Source: Betaproteobacteria bacterium (GTDB taxonomy: Bacteria; Pseudomonadota; Gammaproteobacteria; Burkholderiales; Rhodocyclaceae). From it: 64,000 bases of DNA. Under the pieces are notes generated by a model. That model ran no database searches. It was not told where the DNA came from and worked only from the letters and a program-made list of their open reading frames with translations. Position numbers and translations under genes: made by a program. The stretch is from positions 7,037-71,036 of the forward strand of contig WRMF01000007.1 in the NCBI GenBank assembly GCA_009777245.1, written 5' to 3'. Shown one piece after another: positions 48,788 to 58,390 of the stretch; within the stretch, counting starts at the first letter, position 1; the number at the start of each line of letters is the position of its first letter.

Positions 48788-51261
48788 TCCGCCCTCCCCT
48801 CTTCCTTGCTAATGAGCAGAAGCAATTCCTGCACGACCTTATTAGCCTCCTCATACTTGATGTTGTCCAGATAGGCCGAAATAATTTCCAGCTTTTCGGC
48901 AATCGCCGCCTCATTCAACTTCCGCGTTATGTAGGAAAATCGCATGGTGTTTCGCATACGTTCGATCGCCACAGCCATTTTGTGGCCTTCCAGCGCGGCG
49001 CGGACAGCTTCAAGATCGGCAATCAATTCCGCGACGCTTCGCCTGCCAAAGACCGACTCCTCACTCTTTGGCAGCGTTGCATGGAGCGTGTCGACAAAGT
49101 CGGCAAGCTCCTTTTCAAAATCAGGATAAGACAGGCGACAACCTTCGAGATCGCCTTCATTGGCTGCTATTTCCAGGCGACTAGCCTTTTCACCCAAGTA
49201 AGGCGCGCCGATGGTATTCAACACCCCCTTGCTGCCATGCGCTTCAATGGCGAAGGCATTAATGTCGCCCGAAGCGAGAAATTCGCGCATTTGATCCATG
49301 GCAATGGAAAGCTCGCGCGCGGAAAGGGACAGCATTCCCATGTACAGTTGCGAGTTATCGCCCAACATGGAAAGCGCACTGTCAACCTCCAGACCGGGAA
49401 TCAGCCGCGCCGCATTCATGAAATATTGCGCGTCTACCCGGTTATCCTTTCTTGGCTCGGGGACAGGCGGGGACACTTCAGGGGATGTCCAAATCGAAGT
49501 CGCATTGCCTTCCCTGGATGTTACTTCTGTTCCGACAATTTGTTGCAGCATTTCAGCTTCCAGGGCAGGCGTATACCGGACAAAAAAGCCTGATAATCGC
49601 TCGGCAATGAAATTCAGCGCGGAGTCATCATGCAGGATGACTTGCCGGGAATCGCTCGCCTCCAAAATAATAAAGGCGCGTAGCTGGTCTTCAGCCCGAA
49701 TCGGCAAAATACAGACCGACCAGGCTTTTGGCGCGACAAATTCAAGGCCAAGCGCGCGCATTGCATAGGGCTTCATAAGCAGATAATGCTTGCCTTCAAG
49801 CGCACTGGCAAGAATTTCGTGTCCCTCAAACTCCGGCGCCAACGCCACTTTGCGGATATGAAACTCGCCTGCCTTGCCGGAAATGGCAAACAATCGCGTC
49901 TGTCCGCCCATGTAGATGAAAAAACGCGCCGTATCCGCCTTGCAACTGACTCGCAGCAGCCGCAGGATGTGTTTGGACGCTTCCTCAAAAGTCAAACTTT
50001 TGTGAATGGCTTTCTGGATGGCAAGGTAGTTCTCCAGTTTTACTTTTACGATGTTCAGATAATTCAGGCGCATTCGGAAATATTGCCAGAGCCTTGATAC
50101 GGAACGCGCCAGATCGCCTATTTCATCCTGCCGTTTCAGATAGGGCAAATCCTGCACGACACCCGTACCACTAATCATGTTCATGGAATACATCAGCCGA
50201 TTGAGCGGATTGGACACATAATAAGCAACGAGAAAGAGCAGCGCGACAAAAGCAAAGAGCAGTATGACCAAAGAGATGACAATGGGGAAAAGCGCCGTGG
50301 AAACCGCCTGGTTAACCAGGGAAGACGGCAGCGCGGCATAGATATAGACTACGCCCAAATCTTCGAGCAGCACCGGCTTCAGGTAGATAAAAGCAGCCGC
50401 GTCCAGAAACCAGGAAAACTCGTTTTTCAGGAAAATATCCCTTCCGTCGCGCATCGCCCCCCGAATCCGGTTGAGGTTGGAGAAACGCATGTCCTCTATC
50501 GTCATGCCGACCTGCTCGGTCTCTCTGGAAAAGATGAGCGTTCCATCCGGAGAAAACACCGCCGTCACTACCTGCATGTTCAATTTGTCGGCCAATACCA
50601 GATCGCGCGCCAGAATATCTCCGCCTACCACGCCTACCGGCTTGCCATCACGCAGGACAGGGCTGCTGATCGTAATGCTTGAGGCATTGCCTTCGTCTGT
50701 TTTATAGTCATACAAGGTGACAGTATCGAAATCATAGAATACCTTGCCGTCATTCAAGGGAGTCGTGTACCACCGGCTTACATCAGGGTCGTTCAACTCA
50801 TTTTCATCCATGTCCGGAATGAGGACAATGCCTTCATCGCTGCGGACGTAGGAACGAATATAGCGACCGCTGGGCGCGCCGGGATATTCATTGCCGCTTG
50901 CTAAGTCCTTACCGTCGAAACTGTCCGGCTCATAAGCGCCCCAGGCATTGTAGATGTAGACATCATTGAACATCAACGCAAGGATGGCGTCCCCTTCGCG
51001 GCGACGCTTTTCTTCGGGAATCCTGTCCAGATTTTCGAATGCTGCGGCAGCGCCGATTACCGTCGCGTAACTCGCGGATAGCAAGCTCTTCAGCTTAACT
51101 TCATTGAGTGCGGCAATCTCCTCTACCCGTGATTCGGCGTCCTTCTTCACGCCATGCATCACGCCCCAGACAATAGCGCACGAAAACAACACAAACCCCA
51201 GCAAAAATGCCGACCCCAGCAAAAACAGGACTTTCTTCCAGAGGAAACGGCTGTTGCTCAT
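48784..51261 (-). CDS. Membrane Cache-HAMP-GAF-like sensor with C-terminal HPt domain
   Basis: 825 aa. TM, Cache-like region (YPGAPSGRYIRSYVRSDEG...SRWYTTP), TM, HAMP-like segment, GAF-like middle, and the HPt motif FAIEAHGSKGVLNTIGA near the C-terminus. 4-nt overlap with the downstream gene. Confidence 0.78.
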   Translation of the reverse strand: MSNSRFLWKKVLFLLGSAFLLGFVLFSCAIVWGVMHGVKKDAESRVEEIAALNEVKLKSLLSASYATVIGAAAAFENLDRIPEEKRRREGDAILALMFNDVYIYNAWGAYEPDSFDGKDLASGNEYPGAPSGRYIRSYVRSDEGIVLIPDMDENELNDPDVSRWYTTPLNDGKVFYDFDTVTLYDYKTDEGNASSITISSPVLRDGKPVGVVGGDILARDLVLADKLNMQVVTAVFSPDGTLIFSRETEQVGMTIEDMRFSNLNRIRGAMRDGRDIFLKNEFSWFLDAAAFIYLKPVLLEDLGVVYIYAALPSSLVNQAVSTALFPIVISLVILLFAFVALLFLVAYYVSNPLNRLMYSMNMISGTGVVQDLPYLKRQDEIGDLARSVSRLWQYFRMRLNYLNIVKVKLENYLAIQKAIHKSLTFEEASKHILRLLRVSCKADTARFFIYMGGQTRLFAISGKAGEFHIRKVALAPEFEGHEILASALEGKHYLLMKPYAMRALGLEFVAPKAWSVCILPIRAEDQLRAFIILEASDSRQVILHDDSALNFIAERLSGFFVRYTPALEAEMLQQIVGTEVTSREGNATSIWTSPEVSPPVPEPRKDNRVDAQYFMNAARLIPGLEVDSALSMLGDNSQLYMGMLSLSARELSIAMDQMREFLASGDINAFAIEAHGSKGVLNTIGAPYLGEKASRLEIAANEGDLEGCRLSYPDFEKELADFVDTLHATLPKSEESVFGRRSVAELIADLEAVRAALEGHKMAVAIERMRNTMRFSYITRKLNEAAIAEKLEIISAYLDNIKYEEANKVVQELLLLISKEEGRAE

Positions 51262-51350
51262 GGCTGGCCTTTTGCCTCAGCAGAGTTACTACAGCGGTTC
51301 AAGCATGTGCGCTTTTTTTCCAGGCGGAAAGCGGAGCGTTCAGCCCCCGC

Positions 51351-51428
51351 CCCCTCTCCCACAAGTGGGAGAGGGGAGAAATGCCCGCTCAGCCTGCCGT
51401 TGTCCCCTCTCCCATTTATAGGAGAGGG
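51351..51428. repeat. Two ccctctccc-N-gggagaggg hairpin repeats
   Basis: cccctctcccacaagtgggagagggg (51351-51376) and cccctctcccatttataggagagggta (51404-51428). They translate to the spurious SPLPQVGEG / PLSHKWERG peptides in the ORF track. Confidence 0.75.
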
Positions 51429-51874
51429 TAGCCACTTGCTTTGGTACCACGCGCTTTGATGCCACTCACGGCGCAGCCAAATGCCGGGAGAGGGCGCTTC
51501 CTGTGAGAGCTTTGCAATCTTCCGTCCCGGGAGCGCATGCCATCTTGACCACGCCAGAAAAGCTCGGCAACTCTGTCCGACGGTATAATTGACCGGATTA
51601 TCGTAAACGATCAGGATAACGCTGTTGTCCATTTGAAGTGAGAAAGCAGTTGCAAAACAAGCCGCTCGCGGCGAACCTGTAACGAAGACGCTCAAATTCG
51701 CGGCGGAAAACGGGTGATTTGCTCTTGAAAATGCAGCATTATTAACCCTATGGAGCAGGATGGCAACCTGATAGCAAAGATGAAATGAAATTTTCCAATA
51801 TTTTTCCGACCGGACTGCCGCGCCGTTTGCCGTTGTGCTAGACTGTAAAGACTTTACATTGAGCGAGATTCGAC

Positions 51875-52219
51875 ATGAAAAAACTTTCTTTCCTTCTTCT
51901 CTTCTTTGCCGCCACGGCGTTGGCGCAGGAACCCGCCTACATCCACAAGCAGTTTGGCTTCTCTCCAAAGGGTTACAATGGCACGCTCACCGCCTCGCAA
52001 AAGGCCGAGCTTGATTCCTGTCTGGATGTTGCCAAGGCTCATGAGACTCGCGCAAAATCCAACAATCAGACTTTTGGCGACCTGTTCGGCGTTTCAATCA
52101 GCGACTGTCTGGCCAGCGCGGAAACGGGCAAGGGCTGGAACGCGCTGGAAAACACCCCTAACGGCTGGAAAGATATTCCGACTTCTATGGTCATCCGAAA
52201 ACTCATTGGCCTTGACTGA
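51875..52219 (+). CDS. Small secreted hypothetical protein
   Basis: 114 aa, with a clear Sec signal peptide MKKLSFLLLFFAATALA|QE. I recognise no family. Confidence 0.55.
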   Translation: MKKLSFLLLFFAATALAQEPAYIHKQFGFSPKGYNGTLTASQKAELDSCLDVAKAHETRAKSNNQTFGDLFGVSISDCLASAETGKGWNALENTPNGWKDIPTSMVIRKLIGLD

Positions 52220-52286
52220 CATCCCCTGAAAATTCCGGATACTGGCGCTTCCCGCCCCGGTATCCCTTGTCGCGCAAATTACCTCT

Positions 52287-54458
52287 TTGGTTGATTTTCT
52301 CTCTTCCCTCAATTCCCGGCAACGCGAAGCTGTCACTCTGCCGATTACCGATCCTCCGACTCACGGCCTGATTCTGGCCGGAGCAGGCAGCGGGAAAACC
52401 CGCGTTTTGACCACCCGCATTTCCTGGCTTCTGGCTACTGGACAAGCTCTGCCACATGCCATGCTGGCCGTCACCTTCACCAACAAGGCGGCCAGGGAGA
52501 TGCGCGCCCGCCTGTCAATGGCCTCGCCCCTGCATGCCCTCTGGATCGGCACGTTTCACGGTCTTTGCAATCGCATGTTGCGTCTGCATCATCGGGACGC
52601 AAACCTGCCGCAAACCTTCCAGATTCTTGATGTCAGCGACCAGTTGGCTGCCATCAAGCGTCTTCTGAAATCCATGAATGTGGATGATGAGGCGCATTCG
52701 CCGCGCGACCTGATGTATTACATCAACGCGCACAAGGAAAAGGGTATCCGCGCCGACCATACGGAGGCGCACGACTCTTTCACCCGGACTCGCGCGGCAA
52801 TCTACGCCGAATATGAAGCGCAATGCCAGCGGGAAGGAGTGGCGGATTTTGCCGAGCTGCTCCTGCGTTCCTACGAATTGCTGACCATGAACGAGCCGTT
52901 GCGATGCCATTACCAGGAGCGTTTTCGCCACATTCTGGTGGACGAATTCCAGGATACCAACCGTCTGCAATACAAATGGCTGCAATGTCTGGCGGGCGGC
53001 GGCGCCGCGCTCTTTGCCGTAGGCGACGACGACCAGAGCATATATGCCTTTCGCGGCGCGGAAATAGGCAACATGCAGGATTTTGAGCGCCGCTACACCA
53101 ATGGATGCGTTATCCGTCTGGAGCAGAATTACCGCTCCCAGGGTAATATTCTTGACGCTGCCAACGCGTTGATCAAAAACAATCAGGCTCGGCTGGGTAA
53201 AAATCTGTGGACGGAAGCGGGAGCGGGCGAGCCGATTCGGGTATTCATCGGCTTTTCCGACATGGACGAGGCAAGGTTTGCGGTTGATGAAGCCGAGCAA
53301 TTACGCATGGAAGGGCAAAATTTCAACGACATTGCCTTTCTCTACCGCGCGAACGCCCAATCGCGCGTGCTGGAGCACGAACTTTTCACACGCGGGATTC
53401 CTTATCGTGTCTATGGCGGGCTTCGCTTTTTCGAGCGACAGGAGATCAAACACGCTCTTGCCTATCTGCGCCTGCTTGCCAATCAATGTGACGACACGGC
53501 TTTTTTGCGGGTTGTCAATTTTCCGGCCAGGGGCATTGGCGCTCGTACCCTGGCGAATCTGGACGCGCGCGCAAAAATGCTGAATGTCAGCCTTTTTGAA
53601 GCGGCAGACTCATTGTCGGGCAAGGCTGGCGGCCAGGTACAGAATTTTCTCGCCGCAATCGGACACATGCGGGAAGCGACCGGCTCTCTCTCTCTGCCGG
53701 AAATGGTCGAGCATGTCCTTGAAGCGAGCGGTCTTGTAGCCCATTACCGGACTGCCAGAGAAGGCGCGGAGCGGCTGGAGAACCTGAACGAACTCATCAA
53801 TGCCGCAACCCACTTTGCCAGAGGCGAGATCACGGGCGAGGCCGTATCGGAAGACGATATGCTTGTCGCCTTTCTAAACCATGCTTCGCTTGAATCCGGC
53901 GAGCATCAGGCGGGCGAATCCGAACCCGCCGTGCAATTGATGACCATTCACGCCGCCAAGGGACTGGAATTCAATGTAGTATTTGTCACCGGACTGGAAG
54001 AAGGATTGTTTCCGCACGATAATGCCTTGAATGAAGGCGCATTGGAGGAAGAACGCCGTTTGATGTACGTCGCCATGACCCGCGCCCGCCAGCGTCTGTA
54101 CCTGACTTCCGCGCAAACGCGCCTGTTGCACGGACAAACGCGCTACTGCCTGCCTTCCCGCTTTTTGGGCGAAATACCGGAAAACACGCAGAGCAGACTG
54201 GATGTGGCGAGCCTCGGCAAACGCCCTGCTTGGAGCGCCGCCTGGACAACCGCCAATGCCGGAGCCGCCGCGCCTTCTCTCAACGCGCCTGAACTTCCGG
54301 GGGGCTTACAGGTCGGCATGAATGTTCGTCACACCAAATTCGGTTTTGGGGTTATCGTGGATGCCAAGTTCGGCGAGGATGTGCGCGTACATGTCAATTT
54401 CGGCAGCGCCGGCATGAAATGGCTATCGTTGTCGCACACCCATCTTGACGCCGCATAA
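52287..54458 (+). CDS. uvrD: DNA helicase II (UvrD)
   Basis: 723 aa, TTG start. LNSRQREAV, Walker A AGAGSGKT, VDEFQDTN, and C-terminal motifs (TIHAAKGLEF, VAMTRAR). Confidence 0.95.
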   Translation: MVDFLSSLNSRQREAVTLPITDPPTHGLILAGAGSGKTRVLTTRISWLLATGQALPHAMLAVTFTNKAAREMRARLSMASPLHALWIGTFHGLCNRMLRLHHRDANLPQTFQILDVSDQLAAIKRLLKSMNVDDEAHSPRDLMYYINAHKEKGIRADHTEAHDSFTRTRAAIYAEYEAQCQREGVADFAELLLRSYELLTMNEPLRCHYQERFRHILVDEFQDTNRLQYKWLQCLAGGGAALFAVGDDDQSIYAFRGAEIGNMQDFERRYTNGCVIRLEQNYRSQGNILDAANALIKNNQARLGKNLWTEAGAGEPIRVFIGFSDMDEARFAVDEAEQLRMEGQNFNDIAFLYRANAQSRVLEHELFTRGIPYRVYGGLRFFERQEIKHALAYLRLLANQCDDTAFLRVVNFPARGIGARTLANLDARAKMLNVSLFEAADSLSGKAGGQVQNFLAAIGHMREATGSLSLPEMVEHVLEASGLVAHYRTAREGAERLENLNELINAATHFARGEITGEAVSEDDMLVAFLNHASLESGEHQAGESEPAVQLMTIHAAKGLEFNVVFVTGLEEGLFPHDNALNEGALEEERRLMYVAMTRARQRLYLTSAQTRLLHGQTRYCLPSRFLGEIPENTQSRLDVASLGKRPAWSAAWTTANAGAAAPSLNAPELPGGLQVGMNVRHTKFGFGVIVDAKFGEDVRVHVNFGSAGMKWLSLSHTHLDAA

Positions 54459-54477
54459 AAAATTTCGGATGCCCACC

Positions 54478-54699
54478 ATGTCCTTTTTTCGCCTTCTTCT
54501 CCTGTTTTTGCTTGGCTGGATCGTCTGGCGGCTGTTGCGCCCGTCTTCCAGGAAGACTACGGAAAAGAGAGATGATCCGGAAACCATCGCGGCCTGCGCA
54601 TTGTGCGGCGTGTATGTCCCGGAAAGCGAGATGGTCAGGGACAGGAATGGGCAAAAGTATTGCTGTCAGGCGCATTTGCGTCAGGCCAACACACAATAA
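54478..54699 (+). CDS. PP0621-family small membrane/zinc-finger protein
   Basis: MSFFRLLLLFLLGWIVWRLL (TM), then CALCGVYVPESE...YCCQAHL (Cys/His cluster). It sits directly upstream of pilS-pilR-type genes, as I recall for this family. Confidence 0.6.
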   Translation: MSFFRLLLLFLLGWIVWRLLRPSSRKTTEKRDDPETIAACALCGVYVPESEMVRDRNGQKYCCQAHLRQANTQ

Positions 54700-54717
54700 G
54701 CCCGTAAGGCCACGACG

Positions 54718-56490
54718 ATGAAAACCTCCGCAGACTCTCCCCAGGAAATTCCGGCTTTCGGGTCTTATGCTCCGGAGCCTGTCCGGGAGTTTCAGGCTTC
54801 CTCTGACCACTCCCCTACTCCGCCTCCGCTTATCTACGCCTCGCCCGCTCCCGCTCAACAAGCGCCAGGATATTTTCTTGCCTCGCTTTGGCGCTCATTG
54901 CAACTTTTCAACGGGTATCGGCTGGCGCTTGCCTTGACGCTTGCCCTGATGCCTTTTTATTACAATCCGCCCGAATACCTGCTGTCTGCACATTACCGCG
55001 ATATTGCCGTGGGAGCGGGCGCAATTTTCATCTCATTGGCATTGGCCGGTTTCCTGCTTTCATTCGTGTGGAAGCGGCATTTTTTCGTCCAGCTATCCGC
55101 CCAGGCGCTGATTGACGCGGCAGGCATCGGAACCATCGCTTTTTTCTACGGCGGCGTCCAAAGCGGCCTGCATCTGGCGCTCCTGCTCTCCATCGCGGGC
55201 GCAAGCCTGTTAACGCAAGGCAGACTTGCGCTTTTTTATGCGGCGGTTGCCTCTCTGGCTGTCCTTTCCGCAGAATCGCTACTCTTTTTGCTGCACAAGA
55301 CCGACAGTAATCCGAATTTCTTTTTCGCCGGACTTTTGTGCGTCGTTTTTTTTGCCATAGCCATTTCCGTCAACCATTTCGGACAACGGCTGGTAAAGAA
55401 CGAAGCCCTCGCCCACCAGCGCGACATCGAGCGGAACAACCAGATGCAGATCAACACGCAGGTGATGGAATACATGCAGGATGGCGTGATTGTGGTCGAT
55501 CACGCCGGACACATCGTAAGCCTCAATCTCAAGGCGCGCGAGATACTCCATGCAGCAGACTCGCAGCAACTGGACGATCTTTTCCCCGCGCTTGCAAAAG
55601 CCTACCAGGAATGGCAAAGGGCAAAAAGCGGAGCGCCCGTTATCCTGAAACAATCCGGGCAGGCCGGACTTGCCAAAAGCAATGCCAGGGAAATCTCTGT
55701 CCGCTTTGTTCCCACTAAAACAAGCGACATGACGGCGTTGATCTTCATTGAAGACATGGAGCATTTGCGTAACGAAGCGTTGCAACTGAAGCTGGCTTCT
55801 CTGGGGCGTCTTACTGCCAATATCGCGCACGAAATCAGAAATCCGCTCGCTGCCATCAGCCATGCCGCCGAGCTGTTAAGGGAGGAGGTCAAGACTACCG
55901 TGCAGACTCGCCTGACCCGCATCATCGGCGACAACACTTTGCGTCTTGATCAGATCATTAAAGAGATACTCACACTCGGACGCCGCAGGGGCGACGAACC
56001 GGAGTCGGAAAGCATCTGGCTTGCCCCTTATCTTGACGAGTTTATCAGCGAATTTTCGGTGCAGGCCGGACTGGAAGAAAAAGTTTTACGCGCCAGCTCG
56101 CCGGAAGAAGCGACGATCCACTTCAACCCGGCGCAGTTGCAGCAAGTGCTTTGGAACATCGTCAATAACGCGCTGCAATATTCCACCCGACGGCGGGGAG
56201 CGGTGCGGATAGAAGCGCGCCTGCACGATAATGGCGTAGAATTGCACATCATTGACGATGGTCCCGGCATCAGACAAGACCTGCGGGATCAGATCTTCGA
56301 GCCTTTTTTTACGACATCCACGCGCGGAACCGGCTTGGGTCTGCACATTGCGCGCGAATTGTGCGAAGCTAACCGGGCGAAGCTGATAGCGGGTCTTGAA
56401 GGAGGCGGACATTTCATCATTTCGCAGCTTGTAGAGGAACAATGGAAAAATACACAAACAGAACAACCAGACAGCGCCCGCGCATTCTGA
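54718..56490 (+). CDS. pilS: PilS-type sensor histidine kinase
   Basis: 590 aa. About 6 N-terminal TM helices, a PAS-like region, H-box LTANIAHEIRNPLAAISHA, and the HATPase domain (DDGPGI, GTGLGLHIAREL). Confidence 0.72.
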   Translation: MKTSADSPQEIPAFGSYAPEPVREFQASSDHSPTPPPLIYASPAPAQQAPGYFLASLWRSLQLFNGYRLALALTLALMPFYYNPPEYLLSAHYRDIAVGAGAIFISLALAGFLLSFVWKRHFFVQLSAQALIDAAGIGTIAFFYGGVQSGLHLALLLSIAGASLLTQGRLALFYAAVASLAVLSAESLLFLLHKTDSNPNFFFAGLLCVVFFAIAISVNHFGQRLVKNEALAHQRDIERNNQMQINTQVMEYMQDGVIVVDHAGHIVSLNLKAREILHAADSQQLDDLFPALAKAYQEWQRAKSGAPVILKQSGQAGLAKSNAREISVRFVPTKTSDMTALIFIEDMEHLRNEALQLKLASLGRLTANIAHEIRNPLAAISHAAELLREEVKTTVQTRLTRIIGDNTLRLDQIIKEILTLGRRRGDEPESESIWLAPYLDEFISEFSVQAGLEEKVLRASSPEEATIHFNPAQLQQVLWNIVNNALQYSTRRRGAVRIEARLHDNGVELHIIDDGPGIRQDLRDQIFEPFFTTSTRGTGLGLHIARELCEANRAKLIAGLEGGGHFIISQLVEEQWKNTQTEQPDSARAF

Positions 56491-57863
56491 TTGTTGATGA
56501 CGAGCCGGACATCCTCGAACTCATTGACCTTACCCTGGCGCGCATGGGGATGGATACCGATTGCGCCGGTTCCGTAGGCGAGGCTATCGGTTTTTTGAAA
56601 GCGCGCGATTACCAGCTTTGCCTGACCGACATGCGTCTGCCGGACGGAGAGGGTCTGGAAATTGTCCGCCATATATCCGAACATGATATGCCGACTCCGG
56701 TAGCCGTCATTACCGCCTACGGCAGCGCCGAAAATGCCGTTTCCGCCCTGAAGGCGGGAGCCTTTGATTATCTCTCCAAGCCGGTTTCTCTTGAATCGTT
56801 ACGCACATTGGTACGCCATGCCATCCGCGAAGATAACGCGGAAGGAGAAAAAAAAGCGCGGGGGAAGGAGGCTCCCGGCAAGATGCTTACCGGCCTGTCG
56901 CCCGCCATGGCGAAGGTTTCCGCCATGATCGGCAAACTTGCCCAAAGCCAGGCTCCTATCTACATTTCCGGCGAATCCGGCAGCGGCAAGGAAGTCGCCG
57001 CCCGTGCCATTCATGCTTCCGGCAATCGCGCTCAGGCTCCTTTTGTGCCGGTAAATTGCGGCGCTATTCCCGAAACCCTGATGGAAAGCGAATTTTTCGG
57101 CTATAAAAAGGGGGCTTTTACCGGCGCGGATGCCGACCGCAACGGTTTTTTCCAAACGGCGGAAGGCGGAACTCTGTTTCTGGACGAAGTGGCTGATCTG
57201 CCGCTCCCGATGCAGGTCAAACTGCTTCGCGCCATTCAGGAGAAGAAAGTGCGAAAAGTCGGCGCGCCGGTGGAGGAAAATGTGGATGTCCGCATCATCT
57301 CCGCCACCCACAAGAATCTTGGGGCTTGTGTTGAAACAGGCATTTTCCGGCAAGACCTTTACTATCGTTTGAATGTTATCGAGCTTGCCATGCCGCCGCT
57401 TCGGGAGCGGCGCGAGGATTTGCCCGAACTTGTCGAAACAATTTTGCATCGCATTGCCCACGCGAACGCGGCAGGGCTTATACCGATGCTGGATGATTCC
57501 GCATGGCATATGCTCAATCTCTACCCTTTTCCCGGCAATGTCCGCGAATTGGAAAACATTCTGGAACGCGCCACCGCGCTCTGCGTAGATAATTTAATCT
57601 CTGCCGACGATTTGCAACTGGATTCGATTAAGCCTGTCGCCCTTCATTCCGGCATTCATACGGACAGTAAACGCGAATCACGCCGCACCTCTTTGCCGGA
57701 AACTTTGGCGGAATACCTTGATCGTATTGAGCGCGCGGTATTGCTGAATGCGCTTGAAAAAGCCGACAGTTCTCCCCTTGAAGCCGCGTCCATGATTGGC
57801 ATATCGCCTGAATCATTCAAGTTTCGCGCAAAACGCCTGCGCGTCGCTTTGCGTAATGTGTAA
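56442..57863 (+). CDS. pilR: Sigma-54-dependent response regulator, PilR-type
   Basis: 473 aa. REC domain (ILIVDDEPDILELIDLTLARMG...CLTDMRLPDGEGLEIV), AAA+ sigma-54 interaction domain (GESGSGKE, GAFTGA, ESEFFGY), and a C-terminal HTH. The ATG with its GAGGA SD overlaps the end of pilS by 49 nt. Confidence 0.85.
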   Translation: MEKYTNRTTRQRPRILIVDDEPDILELIDLTLARMGMDTDCAGSVGEAIGFLKARDYQLCLTDMRLPDGEGLEIVRHISEHDMPTPVAVITAYGSAENAVSALKAGAFDYLSKPVSLESLRTLVRHAIREDNAEGEKKARGKEAPGKMLTGLSPAMAKVSAMIGKLAQSQAPIYISGESGSGKEVAARAIHASGNRAQAPFVPVNCGAIPETLMESEFFGYKKGAFTGADADRNGFFQTAEGGTLFLDEVADLPLPMQVKLLRAIQEKKVRKVGAPVEENVDVRIISATHKNLGACVETGIFRQDLYYRLNVIELAMPPLRERREDLPELVETILHRIAHANAAGLIPMLDDSAWHMLNLYPFPGNVRELENILERATALCVDNLISADDLQLDSIKPVALHSGIHTDSKRESRRTSLPETLAEYLDRIERAVLLNALEKADSSPLEAASMIGISPESFKFRAKRLRVALRNV

Positions 57864-57909
57864 GCCGGGAAGACAAACGAGTGCCCCCCCGGCAGCGCAA
57901 ATCTCAGGA

Positions 57910-57938
57910 TTCGCAAGCCCCCTTGCTCAGGCTATAAT
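57910..57938 (+). promoter_or_regulatory. Candidate sigma-70 promoter of rnpB
   Basis: TTCGCA (57910-57915), a 17-nt spacer, then TATAAT (57933-57938), 7 nt before the predicted RNA 5' end. Confidence 0.45.
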
Positions 57939-57945
57939 CTCCTTC

Positions 57946-58325
57946 GGGAGTCGTCCAGGCAGTCGCTGTCCGCTTAGCGGGGGGAGGAAAGTCCGGGCTT
58001 CACAGGGCAGGATGCTGGCTAACAGCCAGGCGCTATAAGTCTTACAAGACCCAAGGCGACGGAAAGCGCAACAGAAAGCAAACCGCCAATGGCTCCGGAA
58101 GGAGAACAGGCAAGGGTGAAACGGTAGGGTAAGAGCCTACCGCAGTTCTGGCGACAGGACTGGCACTGCAAGCCCCATCCGAAGCAAGACCAAACAGGAG
58201 CGCAAGACGCGGCCCGCGTTGCTCCGGGTAGGTCGCTTGAGCCGCGCAGCAATGCGCGGCCCAGACGAATGGCTGCCGGGGGAAACCCCTACAGAACCCG
58301 GCTTATCGGACGGCTCCCGATTCAC
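57946..58325 (+). ncRNA. rnpB: RNase P RNA, bacterial type A
   Basis: Collinear with E. coli M1 RNA as I recall it: 5' gggagtcgtccaggcagtcgc, universally conserved GGAGGAAAGTCCGGGCT, aacagaaagcaaaccgcc, ggtaagagc, and 3' acagaacccggcttatcggacggctccc pairing with the 5' end (P1). The ends are accurate to about 5 nt. Confidence 0.92.
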
Positions 58326-58390
58326 TCTTTTAGAGTGTGTCATCTGCTCGAGTAAAGGCTCTGCCTGCATATCCATTAAAATGCGTAACC

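Noticed and set aside
48658-49593. 311-aa + strand ORF opposite the Cache-HPt sensor gene
   Set aside because: It is an antisense shadow with R/G-rich composition.
51258-51968. 236-aa minus-strand ORF covering the 51.3-51.9 kb spacer
   Set aside because: Most of it translates the ccctctccc hairpin repeats and overlaps the start of the secreted-protein gene. Only a short REC-like motif is notable, and that is reported separately as a weak finding.
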